Below are positions 20,195-30,212 of a DNA stretch of 64,000 nucleotides, one piece after another. Under the pieces are notes generated by a model. That model searched no databases and was not told the origin of the DNA. It worked only from the letters and a program-made list of their open reading frames with translations. The stretch's first letter is position 1. Every line of letters begins with the position of its first letter. The DNA comes from Desulfobacteraceae bacterium (GTDB lineage: Bacteria > Desulfobacterota > Desulfobacteria > Desulfobacterales > SKZT01), in contig JAABTQ010000001.1 in the NCBI GenBank assembly GCA_011389745.1, forward strand, positions 16,497 through 80,496. The letters are read 5' to 3'. Made by a program: the position numbers and the translations under genes.

Positions 20195-21292
20195 ATGGCA
20201 ATAAAACACACTCAAGAATACAGGGATCCGGAAATAGCCGCAATGCTGATCGGAAAAATTAAACAAACAAGCCGAAAACCTTTTAGACTCATGGAAGTTT
20301 GCGGCACCCATACCATGGCCATTTTCCGGCACGGGATCAGACAAATCATTCCCGAACATATCTCTCTGCTTTCCGGACCCGGGTGCCCGGTTTGTGTCAC
20401 CACCCAGAGAGAAATTGATACGTTTATTGCATTGAGCGGTATTGACAACACAATTGTGGCTACCTTCGGAGACCTTATGCGTGTGCCCGGCACTGAGTCT
20501 TCTCTTGAAAACGAGCGAGCCTGCGGAAAAGACATTCGAATGGTATACTCCACATATGATGCTTTAAATCTTGCCCGAAAAATACCGGATAAAAAAATAA
20601 TCTTTCTGGGTGTCGGCTTTGAAACCACCGCTCCCACTATTGCAGCATCCATTGTTTATGCCCGCCAACAGGGAATAAAAAATTATTTTGTCCATAGCTC
20701 GCACAAACGTGTCATACCTGCACTTTCCACTTTGATGGAAGATGAAGATGTCAATATTCACGGCCTGATACTGCCGGGGCACGTTTCGGTTATTATCGGC
20801 ATGGATGCCTACCGCCCTGTCTTTGATAAGTATCATTTACCTTGTGCTGTGGCAGGCTTTGAACCGGTGGATATCCTGAAAGGCATCTGTTCATTGGTCG
20901 ATCAGATTGAATCGGGGCATCCCATGCTCGAAAACACCTACCCAAGGGCTGTAACTGCTGAAGGTAATAAAAAAGCCGCATCTATAATGGAACATGTATT
21001 TGAAAATAAGGACACGGCATGGCGAGGGTTGGGAATGATCCCCCAGAGCGGTCTGAAACTCCGTGATACATTTGAAGCATTTGATGCGCAAAAGGTTTTT
21101 GCAGTCGAGGTTCCGAAATCCGAGGAACCCAGGGGATGCGCTTGCGGAAATGTATTGAAAGGCGCTGTCACACCCCCTGAATGTCCTTTGTACAATAAAA
21201 CCTGCTCTCCCACCTCACCTGTCGGCCCATGTATGGTTTCCAGCGAAGGCACTTGCTCAGCTTACTATCGATACCACAGCAACAGTTTATAG
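20195..21292 (+). CDS. hypD: hydrogenase formation protein HypD
   Basis: MAIKHTQEYRDPE start, GPGCPVCV motif and a C-terminal Cys cluster. The ORF-track start 20057 overlaps the hypF end, so ATG 20195 was chosen. Confidence 0.9.
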   Translation: MAIKHTQEYRDPEIAAMLIGKIKQTSRKPFRLMEVCGTHTMAIFRHGIRQIIPEHISLLSGPGCPVCVTTQREIDTFIALSGIDNTIVATFGDLMRVPGTESSLENERACGKDIRMVYSTYDALNLARKIPDKKIIFLGVGFETTAPTIAASIVYARQQGIKNYFVHSSHKRVIPALSTLMEDEDVNIHGLILPGHVSVIIGMDAYRPVFDKYHLPCAVAGFEPVDILKGICSLVDQIESGHPMLENTYPRAVTAEGNKKAASIMEHVFENKDTAWRGLGMIPQSGLKLRDTFEAFDAQKVFAVEVPKSEEPRGCACGNVLKGAVTPPECPLYNKTCSPTSPVGPCMVSSEGTCSAYYRYHSNSL

Positions 21293-21303
21293 AAAGCGTT
21301 TTT

Positions 21304-22314
21304 ATGAAATACAATAAAATTCTTTTAGATCACGGAAGCGGCGGAAAGGCTTCTCATCAACTTATTTCCGAAATACTTCTACCGTTGTTTGATAATGCCA
21401 TTCTTGCCGGTTTAGATGATGGGGCCATATTTGACATAGGAGGAAAACGTCTGGCTTTTTCGACCGACTCATTTGTAGTGGATCCCATCTTTTTTCCGGG
21501 GGGATGCATCGGTGATCTGGCAATAAACGGGACAGTCAATGATATTGCCATGTGCGGCGCCACTCCTATTTATTTGAGCGTAGGCCTCATTATCGAAGAA
21601 GGTTTTCCTGTTGAAGATCTGAACAGAATTTTATATGAAATGAAACGGGCCGCACAAAAAGCCGATATTCAAATTGTGACCGGCGATACCAAAGTTGTTT
21701 CAAAAGGAGCTGTGGATAAAATTTTTATAAATACCTCAGGTATCGGCATTGTCGATGACGGTATCCACATTTCCGGCCAAAACGCAAGGCCGGGAGACAA
21801 AGTGCTGATCAGCGGAGCAATTGCCGAGCACGGTATGACAATAATTTCGCATCGGGAGGGCCTCACATTCGAATCCTCACTTGCCAGCGATTCCGCCCCT
21901 TTAAACCATATGGTAAAAAAGATGCTGTCGGTATCAAAAAAGATCCATGTGCTTCGTGATCCCACCCGGGGCGGAGTCGGCACAACCCTGAATGAAATCG
22001 CACTCCAATCGAAAGTGGGAATTCAAATATATGAACATCTGGTTCCAATAAAACCGGATGTAGCCGCTATCTGTGAACTGCTGGGATTTGATCCCCTGTA
22101 TGTGGCAAACGAGGGCAAGCTTATCGCGGTCGTGCCCTTTGATGATGCTGAAAAAGTCCTTTCTACGGTCAGGGAAAATGAATTTGGTAAGGATGCCTGT
22201 TTTATCGGAGAGGTGGTGGATGAAAACCCGGAACAGGTTTTTATGATTACCAGAATCGGCGGTCATAGGATTGTGGATATGCTCGCGGGAGAACAGCTTC
22301 CAAGAATATGCTGA
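21304..22314 (+). CDS. hypE: hydrogenase expression/formation protein HypE
   Basis: PurM-like fold and the invariant C-terminal ...PRIC. Start ATG 21304 (MKYNKILLDHGSGG). Confidence 0.9.
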   Translation: MKYNKILLDHGSGGKASHQLISEILLPLFDNAILAGLDDGAIFDIGGKRLAFSTDSFVVDPIFFPGGCIGDLAINGTVNDIAMCGATPIYLSVGLIIEEGFPVEDLNRILYEMKRAAQKADIQIVTGDTKVVSKGAVDKIFINTSGIGIVDDGIHISGQNARPGDKVLISGAIAEHGMTIISHREGLTFESSLASDSAPLNHMVKKMLSVSKKIHVLRDPTRGGVGTTLNEIALQSKVGIQIYEHLVPIKPDVAAICELLGFDPLYVANEGKLIAVVPFDDAEKVLSTVRENEFGKDACFIGEVVDENPEQVFMITRIGGHRIVDMLAGEQLPRIC

Positions 22315-22332
22315 AAACATTCAAACCGTATC

Positions 22333-23367
22333 ATGACAAGAACGAATAATATGCTGAAAAAAATACCCTGTTTTTTAATTGTATGTCTTTTAATTTTACC
22401 CGTTTTTTCATTTGCCGGTATTCGGGAAGTCAAATTCACCGGAAAAACCATGGGAACTACCTATCACATCACTGTAATAGCCGATTCCGACCATACCATT
22501 GATGGACTTAAAGAAAAAATCGATCAAAAACTCGAAGACATCAATAAATCCATGTCGACTTATAGAATTGACAGTGAAATCTGCCGATTTAATGCTTTAA
22601 ACAAAGCCGATGAAAAATTTGCGATCTCAGAAGATTTCCTGGAAGTACTCTTAGTGTCCCGAACCGTGCATCAGATTACCGATGGCGCTTGGGATGGCAC
22701 AGTCAATCCTCTGGTGAGCCTCTGGGGTTTCATGTCGGAAAAACTTCCAACAAAAATCCCCGAGAAAAATGAGATCGATAGAATTCTTCCCCATATAGGC
22801 TTTGATAAGATCATTATTTCCACCGATGGCCATATTCTTAAAAAAGATTCTGAAATTAAACTGGATTTGGCCTCAATTGCCAAAGGACATGGCGTCGACA
22901 GGGTTTCTGAACTTCTTTTAAAAAACGGTTTTAAAAATTTCATTGTCGAAATTGGCGGAGAGGTATATGCCGCGGGAAACAACATTGAAAAAACTCCCTG
23001 GCGGGTCGGCATTAACACCCCCGATAAGAATGCCCCCTTTGACAAAGTCCACAAGGTTATAATACTTACTGACATGGCCATGGCAACCAGTGGAGATTAT
23101 CGAAATCTCATAGAAATTGACGGACAGCGCTATTCACACATTATAGACCCCAAAACCGGTTACCCGGTCCAAAAACACGTGGTCAGCGCGACAATTATCG
23201 CCCAAACCTGCACCTTTGCCGATGGCCTTGCCACAGCGGTCATGGTCATGGGACCTGAAAAAAGCCTGGATCTGATCAATCACCTTAAAAATGTAGAGGG
23301 TCTTATCGTTGTCCGTAACCCCGATGGTTCACTTACCGACCACTACTCACACGCATTGACCCCGTAA
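22333..23367 (+). CDS. apbE: FAD:protein FMN transferase (ApbE family), secreted/lipoprotein
   Basis: Signal peptide, then MGTTYHITV and MATSGDYRN motifs typical of ApbE. Confidence 0.8.
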   Translation: MTRTNNMLKKIPCFLIVCLLILPVFSFAGIREVKFTGKTMGTTYHITVIADSDHTIDGLKEKIDQKLEDINKSMSTYRIDSEICRFNALNKADEKFAISEDFLEVLLVSRTVHQITDGAWDGTVNPLVSLWGFMSEKLPTKIPEKNEIDRILPHIGFDKIIISTDGHILKKDSEIKLDLASIAKGHGVDRVSELLLKNGFKNFIVEIGGEVYAAGNNIEKTPWRVGINTPDKNAPFDKVHKVIILTDMAMATSGDYRNLIEIDGQRYSHIIDPKTGYPVQKHVVSATIIAQTCTFADGLATAVMVMGPEKSLDLINHLKNVEGLIVVRNPDGSLTDHYSHALTP

Positions 23368-23614
23368 TTATTGTTGACAATACCTTTCAATTACTGTATC
23401 TGATCAAAATTAGTCATTTTTTAATGCTGTATTTTAAGTGAGTTAGATATTTTTGAGGTACGATACATTACTAGTTTGGAGTTAATTACGGCCGGATTAT
23501 CGGTTTCAATGGGTTTCGAAATAATTTATAAACCGAGAGCAACATGCCAAATGCAGGGCAGAATATAGTCTTGCGGGGGTTCTTAAGTCCGGCATAAAAA
23601 GAAAGGGTGATAAA

Positions 23615-24397
23615 TTGGAAATCATTGTCTTGTTAAAGAGAGTGCCGGCAACCGAATCCATGATCGGAGTTGCCGACGATGGAAAGTCTATCAAGACTGA
23701 TGACTTGAAATGGGTAGTCAATCCTTACGATGAATTTGCTGTGGAAGAAGCCTTGAGGATAAAGCAAACCCATGGAGGAACGGTAACCGTCTTGTCCGTG
23801 GGATCGGATAAAACCGCGGAATCTATCCGTACTGCCCTGGCCATGGGTGCCGATAAAGGTATCCTGATCAATGACCCTGCGACCGTTAATTGTGATTCCC
23901 TTGGAACCGCCCGCGTTCTTGCCGCAACCATCAAAGCACTCCCCTATGATTTAATCATTTCGGGCATGAGGGCCGTGGATGACGATAATTACCAGGTTGG
24001 TCCTGCTGTGGCGGAATATCTGGGTATTCCTCATATCTCCATGGTGATCAAAGAAGAAATTTCGGATGGTATTATCAGATGCCACAGAACTGTGGAAGGC
24101 GGAACCTTTGTCGTGGAAGCATCCCTTCCAGCTCTTTTGACAACTCAGAGAGGTTTAAACGAACCCAGGTATGCATCGCTGCCGGGCATCATGAAAGCCA
24201 AAAAAAAGCCTCTGGAGATAAAGACCCTGGCAGACATCGGTTTAAGTACCGATGATACGGGCAACCCCAAAACAAGTATTGTCGGCATGAAATTTCCGCC
24301 GGAAAGAGCAGGAGGAAAAATCATTGAAGGCGAAAATGCCGGGGCCAAGGCGGCTTCACTGGTAAAGGCTCTGGTGGAAGAGGCCAGGATTTTATAG
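23615..24397 (+). CDS. etfB: electron transfer flavoprotein beta subunit
   Basis: TTG start, MEIIVLLKRV..., VNPYDEFAVEEALR block. It is followed by etfA. Confidence 0.85.
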   Translation: MEIIVLLKRVPATESMIGVADDGKSIKTDDLKWVVNPYDEFAVEEALRIKQTHGGTVTVLSVGSDKTAESIRTALAMGADKGILINDPATVNCDSLGTARVLAATIKALPYDLIISGMRAVDDDNYQVGPAVAEYLGIPHISMVIKEEISDGIIRCHRTVEGGTFVVEASLPALLTTQRGLNEPRYASLPGIMKAKKKPLEIKTLADIGLSTDDTGNPKTSIVGMKFPPERAGGKIIEGENAGAKAASLVKALVEEARIL

Positions 24398-24407
24398 GCT
24401 TTTGAAT

Positions 24408-24436
24408 CGTCATTCCGGCAAAGGCCGGAATCCAGG
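24408..24436 (+). repeat. REP-like hairpin element (GTCATTCC..GGAATCCAG family)
   Basis: The sequence is cgtcattccggcaaaggccggaatccagg, with stem attccgg/ccggaat. The same family recurs at 45410-45488; the copy at 45460-45488 is near-identical in reverse orientation. Confidence 0.7.
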
Positions 24437-24486
24437 AAAAGTTAACCATTTTATTGGTAAAATTCTCATGGTTAAGGAGAAATAAT

Positions 24487-25452
24487 ATGGCTGAAGGAGT
24501 GCTGGCAATCGCCGAGCAAATGGATGGTGTTTTTAAAAAGGCGGCTATCGAGGCTGTGAGCGAAGGCAAACGAATTGCGAAGAACCTGGGCACAACGCTG
24601 ACCGCCCTGGTTATGGGTTCAAATATTGAAGAAATGGCCAAAGATCTTGCCAAATATGGAGCTGATCGGATTGTCATTGCCGATGATCCCTTGTTGAAAA
24701 ATTTCCTGGTGGATATTTACACTGATACGGCAACTCAGATTGTGGAATCCGAACATCCCGCAGTAATCATTACCGGCGCTACATCCATTGGGAAAGATCT
24801 TTGCGCACGACTTTCCGCAAGACTTGATGCGGCTTTGGCAACAGATTGCGTGGCGATTCAAATTCAAAAAGATCAATGCAGGATCACACGCCCCATGTAT
24901 GGCGGAAAAATTCTTGCCGATGTGGTACTTGAAGGTTTTCCAAAAATTATCGGAATCCGGCCCAATGCCATGGGTATCAGTGAATCACCAGCGGAAGGAA
25001 TCATGGAAAGATTCACCCCAAAAATCCGGGAAGGCGCTATGAAATTTGTTGAAAAAACCATGGATACCGGAAAGGTGGAACTGACCGAGGCGGATGTCAT
25101 TGTTTCGGGTGGGCGGGGCATGGGGGGTCCCGACTATAAAATCATCGAAGAGTTGGCTTCTGTTTTGGGAGGGGCGGTTGGAGCTTCCAGATCGGCTGTG
25201 GATGAAGGCTGGAGACCCCACAGTGATCAGGTGGGGCAGACCGGGAAAACAGTTTCTCCCAACCTGTATATCGCTTGTGGCATTTCCGGTGCGATTCAGC
25301 ATCTGGCAGGCATGTCTTCTTCCAAAGTCATCGTGGCGATCAACAAAGACCCGGATGCTCCGATTTTTTCCAAAGCAGACTACGGTATTGTCGGAGACCT
25401 GTTTGAGGTCATTCCGGCGATTACCGCTGAAATAAAGAAAAACAGAGGGTAA
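24487..25452 (+). CDS. etfA: electron transfer flavoprotein alpha subunit
   Basis: AAGGAGA RBS before ATG 24487. C-terminal FAD-binding block SGGRGMGG...YIACGISGAIQHLAGM. Confidence 0.85.
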   Translation: MAEGVLAIAEQMDGVFKKAAIEAVSEGKRIAKNLGTTLTALVMGSNIEEMAKDLAKYGADRIVIADDPLLKNFLVDIYTDTATQIVESEHPAVIITGATSIGKDLCARLSARLDAALATDCVAIQIQKDQCRITRPMYGGKILADVVLEGFPKIIGIRPNAMGISESPAEGIMERFTPKIREGAMKFVEKTMDTGKVELTEADVIVSGGRGMGGPDYKIIEELASVLGGAVGASRSAVDEGWRPHSDQVGQTGKTVSPNLYIACGISGAIQHLAGMSSSKVIVAINKDPDAPIFSKADYGIVGDLFEVIPAITAEIKKNRG

Positions 25453-25461
25453 GATCCATCA

Positions 25462-26802
25462 GTGAAACTACATTTGGTAAGTCTTGGATGTGCCAGAAAC
25501 CAGGTGGACAGTGAACTTATGCTGGGGTTACTGGAAAGGGCCGGATGGAACATTACCGATGATCCGTCCGAAGCCGAAGTGATCGTGGTCAACACCTGTA
25601 GTTTCATCGAAGCAGCAGCCCAGGAATCTATCGATACCATATTGGAACTTGCAACGTTAAAAGTGGAAGGCGCTTGCCGAAAATTGATCGTGGCAGGGTG
25701 CCTTCCTGAAAGATATCGGGAAAAAATCTTTCATGAGTTGCCGGAAGTCGATTTTTTTCTGGGAACCGGCGCATATGAGCGGATTGTGGATGTGGTTGGG
25801 GAAAATATGGTTCCCAAAATCTGCCTGCTTCCTCCTCCGGAAAAACGACCCATGGATTCACCGGATGCGCCAAGACTTTCCACCTCTTTTTACTCTGCAT
25901 ATATCAAGGTTGCCGAAGGATGCAGCCGCAGATGCACCTATTGCATTATTCCAAAACTTCGTGGCCCCCAGCGAAGCCGTCCAATGGAAGATATTTTTAC
26001 TGAAGCACGAAGGCTCATTAAGGCGGGTGCAAAGGAATTAAATCTTGTGGCCCAGGACACCTCATCCTGGGGATATGATTTTGACCCGCCCGGGCATCCG
26101 GCTGAACTTTTAAAAGCACTGTCAGGACTTGACGGCAATCCATGGATTCGCATTCTCTACGGACACCCCGACAGATTTGATGACCGACTTATTCGTGCGA
26201 TGGGAAAAGAATCCGGCATCTGTTCTTATTTTGATATTCCGGTTCAGCATGTCAGCACTCGGATTTTAAAAAAAATGGGCCGCAATTACAGCCGTGAAAA
26301 CCTTTCCGTGCTTTTTCAGAAAATCCGGCACATGGTTCCTGACGCCGTCCTGAGAACCACCCTGATCGTGGGGTTTCCCGGTGAAACACAAAAGGACCTG
26401 GAGGAACTTTTAACCTTTATTGAAGAGGTCAGATTCGATCATCTGGGAGTATTTACTTACTCTGATGAAGGCGACCTTCCCAGCCACAACCTACCCGGCC
26501 ATGTCGCAAAAAAAACCGCCATGAAAAGATTTGACCGGATTATGAGTGCTCAGGCCCTTATATCCGAAAAAAACAATAAAAAATATATCGGATGCGAACT
26601 GGATGTGTTAGTGGAAGAAGCTCCTGATGATGGCGTGTTTATCGGAAGAACCTGGTTTCAGGCTCCGGATGTGGACGGAATCACCTATATCCGAACTTTT
26701 GACGAACAATTTTTAAAAACATTCGATGCTGATATCGGTTCAGTGGTGCGCGTAAAAATTACGGACACAATGGAATATGACCTTATAGGGGAGCCTTTAT
26801 GA
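25462..26802 (+). CDS. rimO: ribosomal protein S12 methylthiotransferase RimO
   Basis: UPF0004 N-domain (SLGCARNQVDSE), radical-SAM CSRRCTYC, C-terminal TRAM. GTG start. Confidence 0.85.
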   Translation: MKLHLVSLGCARNQVDSELMLGLLERAGWNITDDPSEAEVIVVNTCSFIEAAAQESIDTILELATLKVEGACRKLIVAGCLPERYREKIFHELPEVDFFLGTGAYERIVDVVGENMVPKICLLPPPEKRPMDSPDAPRLSTSFYSAYIKVAEGCSRRCTYCIIPKLRGPQRSRPMEDIFTEARRLIKAGAKELNLVAQDTSSWGYDFDPPGHPAELLKALSGLDGNPWIRILYGHPDRFDDRLIRAMGKESGICSYFDIPVQHVSTRILKKMGRNYSRENLSVLFQKIRHMVPDAVLRTTLIVGFPGETQKDLEELLTFIEEVRFDHLGVFTYSDEGDLPSHNLPGHVAKKTAMKRFDRIMSAQALISEKNNKKYIGCELDVLVEEAPDDGVFIGRTWFQAPDVDGITYIRTFDEQFLKTFDADIGSVVRVKITDTMEYDLIGEPL

Positions 26803-27779
26803 ACGATTTGAAGCTAAGGATTCTCTTTAAAGTCAAAGCGGATCTGGAAGAAATCGAAACAGCCCTGGCTCAAAATCTAAATCCATATCTTGACCTGGTA
26901 TCGGAAACAGCCCAACACATTCTCTTCAGTGGCGGAAAGCGTTTAAGACCCCTTTTAATGGTTCTGTCCGCCCGCCTGTGTGGTTATAACGGCAATCAAG
27001 ACAAATTCTACTCCACCATATTCGAATACCTTCACGCAGCCACTCTTCTTCATGACGATCTTGTGGACGGAGCTTCCATTCGACGGGGAAAACCGGTGGC
27101 TCATTCAATATTTGGCAACTCCACTGCTGTTCTGGTGGGAGATTTTTTGCTGGCCAGAGGTCTTTCCATTGCCGCCAAAACCAAAAATATAAAGGTCATC
27201 GAAATAATAGCAGGCATAACGGAGAACATGTCCCAGGGCGAAATTCACCAGTTATTAAAGAAAGAGCGTTTCGACCTGACTCAAAATGAATACATGGAAA
27301 TTATCCGCCGAAAAACGGCTGTTCTGATTCAGGGGGCCTGCCATGTAGGTGCTTTACTTGCAAATGCGCCCTTTGAGCATGAAAACGCCCTGTCCGAATA
27401 CGGATATAATGTGGGTATTGCTTTTCAAATGGCGGATGACCTTCTGGATTACACAGCTGATACAACCGTTTTGGGCAAAGCTGTTGGGGCCGATTTAAGA
27501 GAAGGCAAACTGACCCTTCCGGCTATCCATGCCATCGAAAATGCTCCAGCCGAAAGCCGTCAGAAGATTAAACAAATTATCCATAACAAGGATTTTTCAC
27601 CAGAAGAATTTCAAATCCTTTTAGAAATGCTGAAGCATTACGGAGGCATTGATTATACCCGCAAACAGGCAACTGAGTTTATTGAAAAAGCAAAAAATGC
27701 CATCAGAATATTTGAACCCACACAAACACGTGAAACACTCATGGATATCGCGGATTACGCCCTCAAGCGAAAGACATGA
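26799..27779 (+). CDS. polyprenyl diphosphate synthase (IspB-like)
   Basis: Both aspartate-rich motifs are present: LLHDDLVD and FQMADDLLD. Confidence 0.8.
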   Translation: MNDLKLRILFKVKADLEEIETALAQNLNPYLDLVSETAQHILFSGGKRLRPLLMVLSARLCGYNGNQDKFYSTIFEYLHAATLLHDDLVDGASIRRGKPVAHSIFGNSTAVLVGDFLLARGLSIAAKTKNIKVIEIIAGITENMSQGEIHQLLKKERFDLTQNEYMEIIRRKTAVLIQGACHVGALLANAPFEHENALSEYGYNVGIAFQMADDLLDYTADTTVLGKAVGADLREGKLTLPAIHAIENAPAESRQKIKQIIHNKDFSPEEFQILLEMLKHYGGIDYTRKQATEFIEKAKNAIRIFEPTQTRETLMDIADYALKRKT

Positions 27780-27844
27780 TATTGTTAAAACAATTGAATT
27801 TCTGAAAGTTATGGATCAATGGGCCTCTAAAAAAATCTGAAATT

Positions 27845-27910
27845 GTCACCCTGAACAAAGTGAAGAGTCTCATAAAATAAAACGAGAGTCTTCGCTCGCT
27901 CAAAATGATA
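27845..27910 (+). repeat. imperfect 66-nt hairpin element (GTCACCCTGAAC...TCAAAATGAT family)
   Basis: The arm gtcaccctgaacaaagtgaagagtctc is followed by a 12-nt spacer and the arm gagagtcttcgctcgctcaaaatgat. The arms are imperfect reverse complements. The element is intergenic, after the polyprenyl synthase. Confidence 0.55.
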
Positions 27911-27962
27911 AAATCTGCCTTTCAGAACCTATCATGAATTAAACCGGGAGGTAACCATAAAT

Positions 27963-29180
27963 ATGGCGTTTTTAAACCTTTTTAAGACAAAATTTTTCCT
28001 TTTTATTTTATTGCCGGCACTATTGCTTGGATTTTCAGACAATATAAAAGCTCAGGATACTGCCATGGTGGTTCAGTCAATCGGCACCGGCATTATCCGT
28101 GGTAAGGATGTTGCGGCTGCCCGGGAAGAAGCCATATCCAATGCCATGGTAACATCAGTGCAACGGGCCATGACCGATCTGATTCCGGCGGAAACCTTCA
28201 TTTCAAATTTTAAAAAACTTGATGAATCCATTTTTGCAAATGTCGGAGACTATATTCTCGAATACAAAATCCTTGCCGAAAATTCATCCGGCAAATCCTA
28301 TCGAATAATGGTTGAAACAACGCTCTTTGCAAAAAAAATCAGACAAATGCTATCCAGTCTGGAAACTGTTTCAGACAAAACGGAGCTTCCAAAAGTTCTT
28401 TTCTTTCTGGCGGAACAAAATGTCGGCGATATTTTGCCGTCTTTCTGGTGGGGAGAAGACCCCTCGTTCATAAAGAGTCATTCGGAAAAGGCTTTTGCAA
28501 ATTCGCTTGTTAAGCATGGTTTTTCCATCATTGACCATGAGGGAATGCTCCTGTATCAGTCCGGTACCACATACATCAACAATCCTTACCTGAGCAATAG
28601 GGAAGCCATTGAACTGGGAAAGCTCCTGAACGCGGATATCATTCTGGTCGGCACCGCCATTGCACAAGTCGAACCCGCTACAATGGGCGCAACTGTTCGC
28701 TCTTTCAAGGCTGAATTGTCGATCAGGGCCATCCGAACCGATACAGGAGAAGAAATTGCGTCCATGGATCAGCAATCGTTTGCAGTGAGTGGGAACAATG
28801 CATCCGGAGGACGAGATGCTCTGTCAAATGCAGGAACCGTTGCCGGAAAGTCTCTGGCACCACGGATAGCTCAAGCCTGGAAAAATGCCGAAACAACCTC
28901 CGGACAGATCCAAATTTTTGTTAACGGCACCAGCAATCTTGGAAGTTTTGTCAATCTACGAAAAAGTCTGGCACAGGTTCCGGGCGTCACTAATCTTCGG
29001 ATAAAAGAAACAATGGCCGACGAGGCATTAATATTGGTTAATTATACAGGATCTGCCGAGAATCTGGCCAAAGCACTTACCCAAAAATCCTTTGACAATT
29101 TCAACATTAATATTTTCGAAGTAGGCCACAAACACATTAGCATGGATTTAATTCCAGGCCAAGGTGATCCCCGACGCTGA
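27963..29180 (+). CDS. secreted hypothetical protein
   Basis: 405-aa ORF with an N-terminal signal peptide (FFLFILLPALLLGFSDNIKA/QD). No catalytic motif recognised. Confidence 0.5.
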   Translation: MAFLNLFKTKFFLFILLPALLLGFSDNIKAQDTAMVVQSIGTGIIRGKDVAAAREEAISNAMVTSVQRAMTDLIPAETFISNFKKLDESIFANVGDYILEYKILAENSSGKSYRIMVETTLFAKKIRQMLSSLETVSDKTELPKVLFFLAEQNVGDILPSFWWGEDPSFIKSHSEKAFANSLVKHGFSIIDHEGMLLYQSGTTYINNPYLSNREAIELGKLLNADIILVGTAIAQVEPATMGATVRSFKAELSIRAIRTDTGEEIASMDQQSFAVSGNNASGGRDALSNAGTVAGKSLAPRIAQAWKNAETTSGQIQIFVNGTSNLGSFVNLRKSLAQVPGVTNLRIKETMADEALILVNYTGSAENLAKALTQKSFDNFNINIFEVGHKHISMDLIPGQGDPRR

Positions 29181-29270
29181 TAAAGTTCGTAAGCCATCCC
29201 TCCTTTGAATACCAGTAGCATTTTACAGAATAATTTGTTAAAATCAGGCGTTAATTTCAGGAGAAATGTA

Positions 29271-29843
29271 ATGAGAATACCAAGTAAAAAAGACTGTTTT
29301 GTACTCATTTACAAAATGAAAATGCCCGAGCATATCATCAATCACTCAATCCAGGTCTCCCGGGTAGCCTTGTTTTTAACGGACCAATTAACCCATAAAA
29401 ATAAAACAGGCTTAAACCGTGATCTGATTTTGGCGGCAGCGCTTTTGCATGATATCACCAAAAATCGGAGTTTTGAAACCAAAGAAAACCATGCGGAAAC
29501 GGGCGGACAGTTGCTCAGGGATTTAGAGTATCCGGAAGTGGGCGACATTATTGCTCAGCATGTGCGATTGCAAAGGTATAATGGTTTTGACATGTTTCCC
29601 GATGAGGCGGAAATTGTCAATTATTCAGATAAGCGGATTCTCCACGATAAGATCGTATCCTTTTCCCAACGTATGGAATACATTCTCGAACGTTATGGAA
29701 AATTTCCGGAGCACCGTGAAAAAATCTCATGGCTTTGGAATAAATCCATTGAACTTGAAAAGAAAATATTCTCCTACTTATCCTTTGCCCCCGGTGAATT
29801 GACAGACAAGATCGTTGCTTGTCGGCCCATTGAAAATTTGTAG
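29271..29843 (+). CDS. HD-domain (HDIG-type) phosphohydrolase
   Basis: H...LLHDITK metal-binding motif. AGGAG RBS before ATG 29271. Confidence 0.7.
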   Translation: MRIPSKKDCFVLIYKMKMPEHIINHSIQVSRVALFLTDQLTHKNKTGLNRDLILAAALLHDITKNRSFETKENHAETGGQLLRDLEYPEVGDIIAQHVRLQRYNGFDMFPDEAEIVNYSDKRILHDKIVSFSQRMEYILERYGKFPEHREKISWLWNKSIELEKKIFSYLSFAPGELTDKIVACRPIENL

Positions 29844-29867
29844 ACACAATAACCTTAAGGAGATGTC

Positions 29868-30173
29868 ATGAACGAATTACCCTATGAAACCAGCCGAAAA
29901 CAGATTGCCATTAGATTTCTTTTCACCATTTTATTTCTGATTGTCTTCGAAATCGTAAAAACGATTATTCAGGTAGCGGTGCTTTTTCAATATGTCTATT
30001 TGTTTATAACAAAAAAACATAACGAGCCGGTCAGAAATTTTTCTAACAAGGTAACCATATATGCTTATAGGGTGCTGAGATATTTGACCTTAAATGAAAA
30101 CATCAAACCTTTTCCATTTACTGAGTTTCCAAAAGATATGGACAATCCTGATAGTGAAATCCGTTATCAGTAA
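29868..30173 (+). CDS. small membrane protein (DUF4389-like)
   Basis: 101 aa with two hydrophobic helices and a ...KPFPFTEFP tail resembling DUF4389. Assigned from memory only. Confidence 0.45.
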   Translation: MNELPYETSRKQIAIRFLFTILFLIVFEIVKTIIQVAVLFQYVYLFITKKHNEPVRNFSNKVTIYAYRVLRYLTLNENIKPFPFTEFPKDMDNPDSEIRYQ

Positions 30174-30212
30174 CTTTAAGACAAGATCTAATTCTTAATC
30201 CAAGCTTGAAAC

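Noticed and set aside
17143-22314. Hydrogenase maturation cluster lacking hypA/hypB and structural hydrogenase genes, considered as an anomaly
   Set aside because: Split hyp loci are common, and the missing genes are probably elsewhere in the genome. It is not unusual enough to report as a finding.
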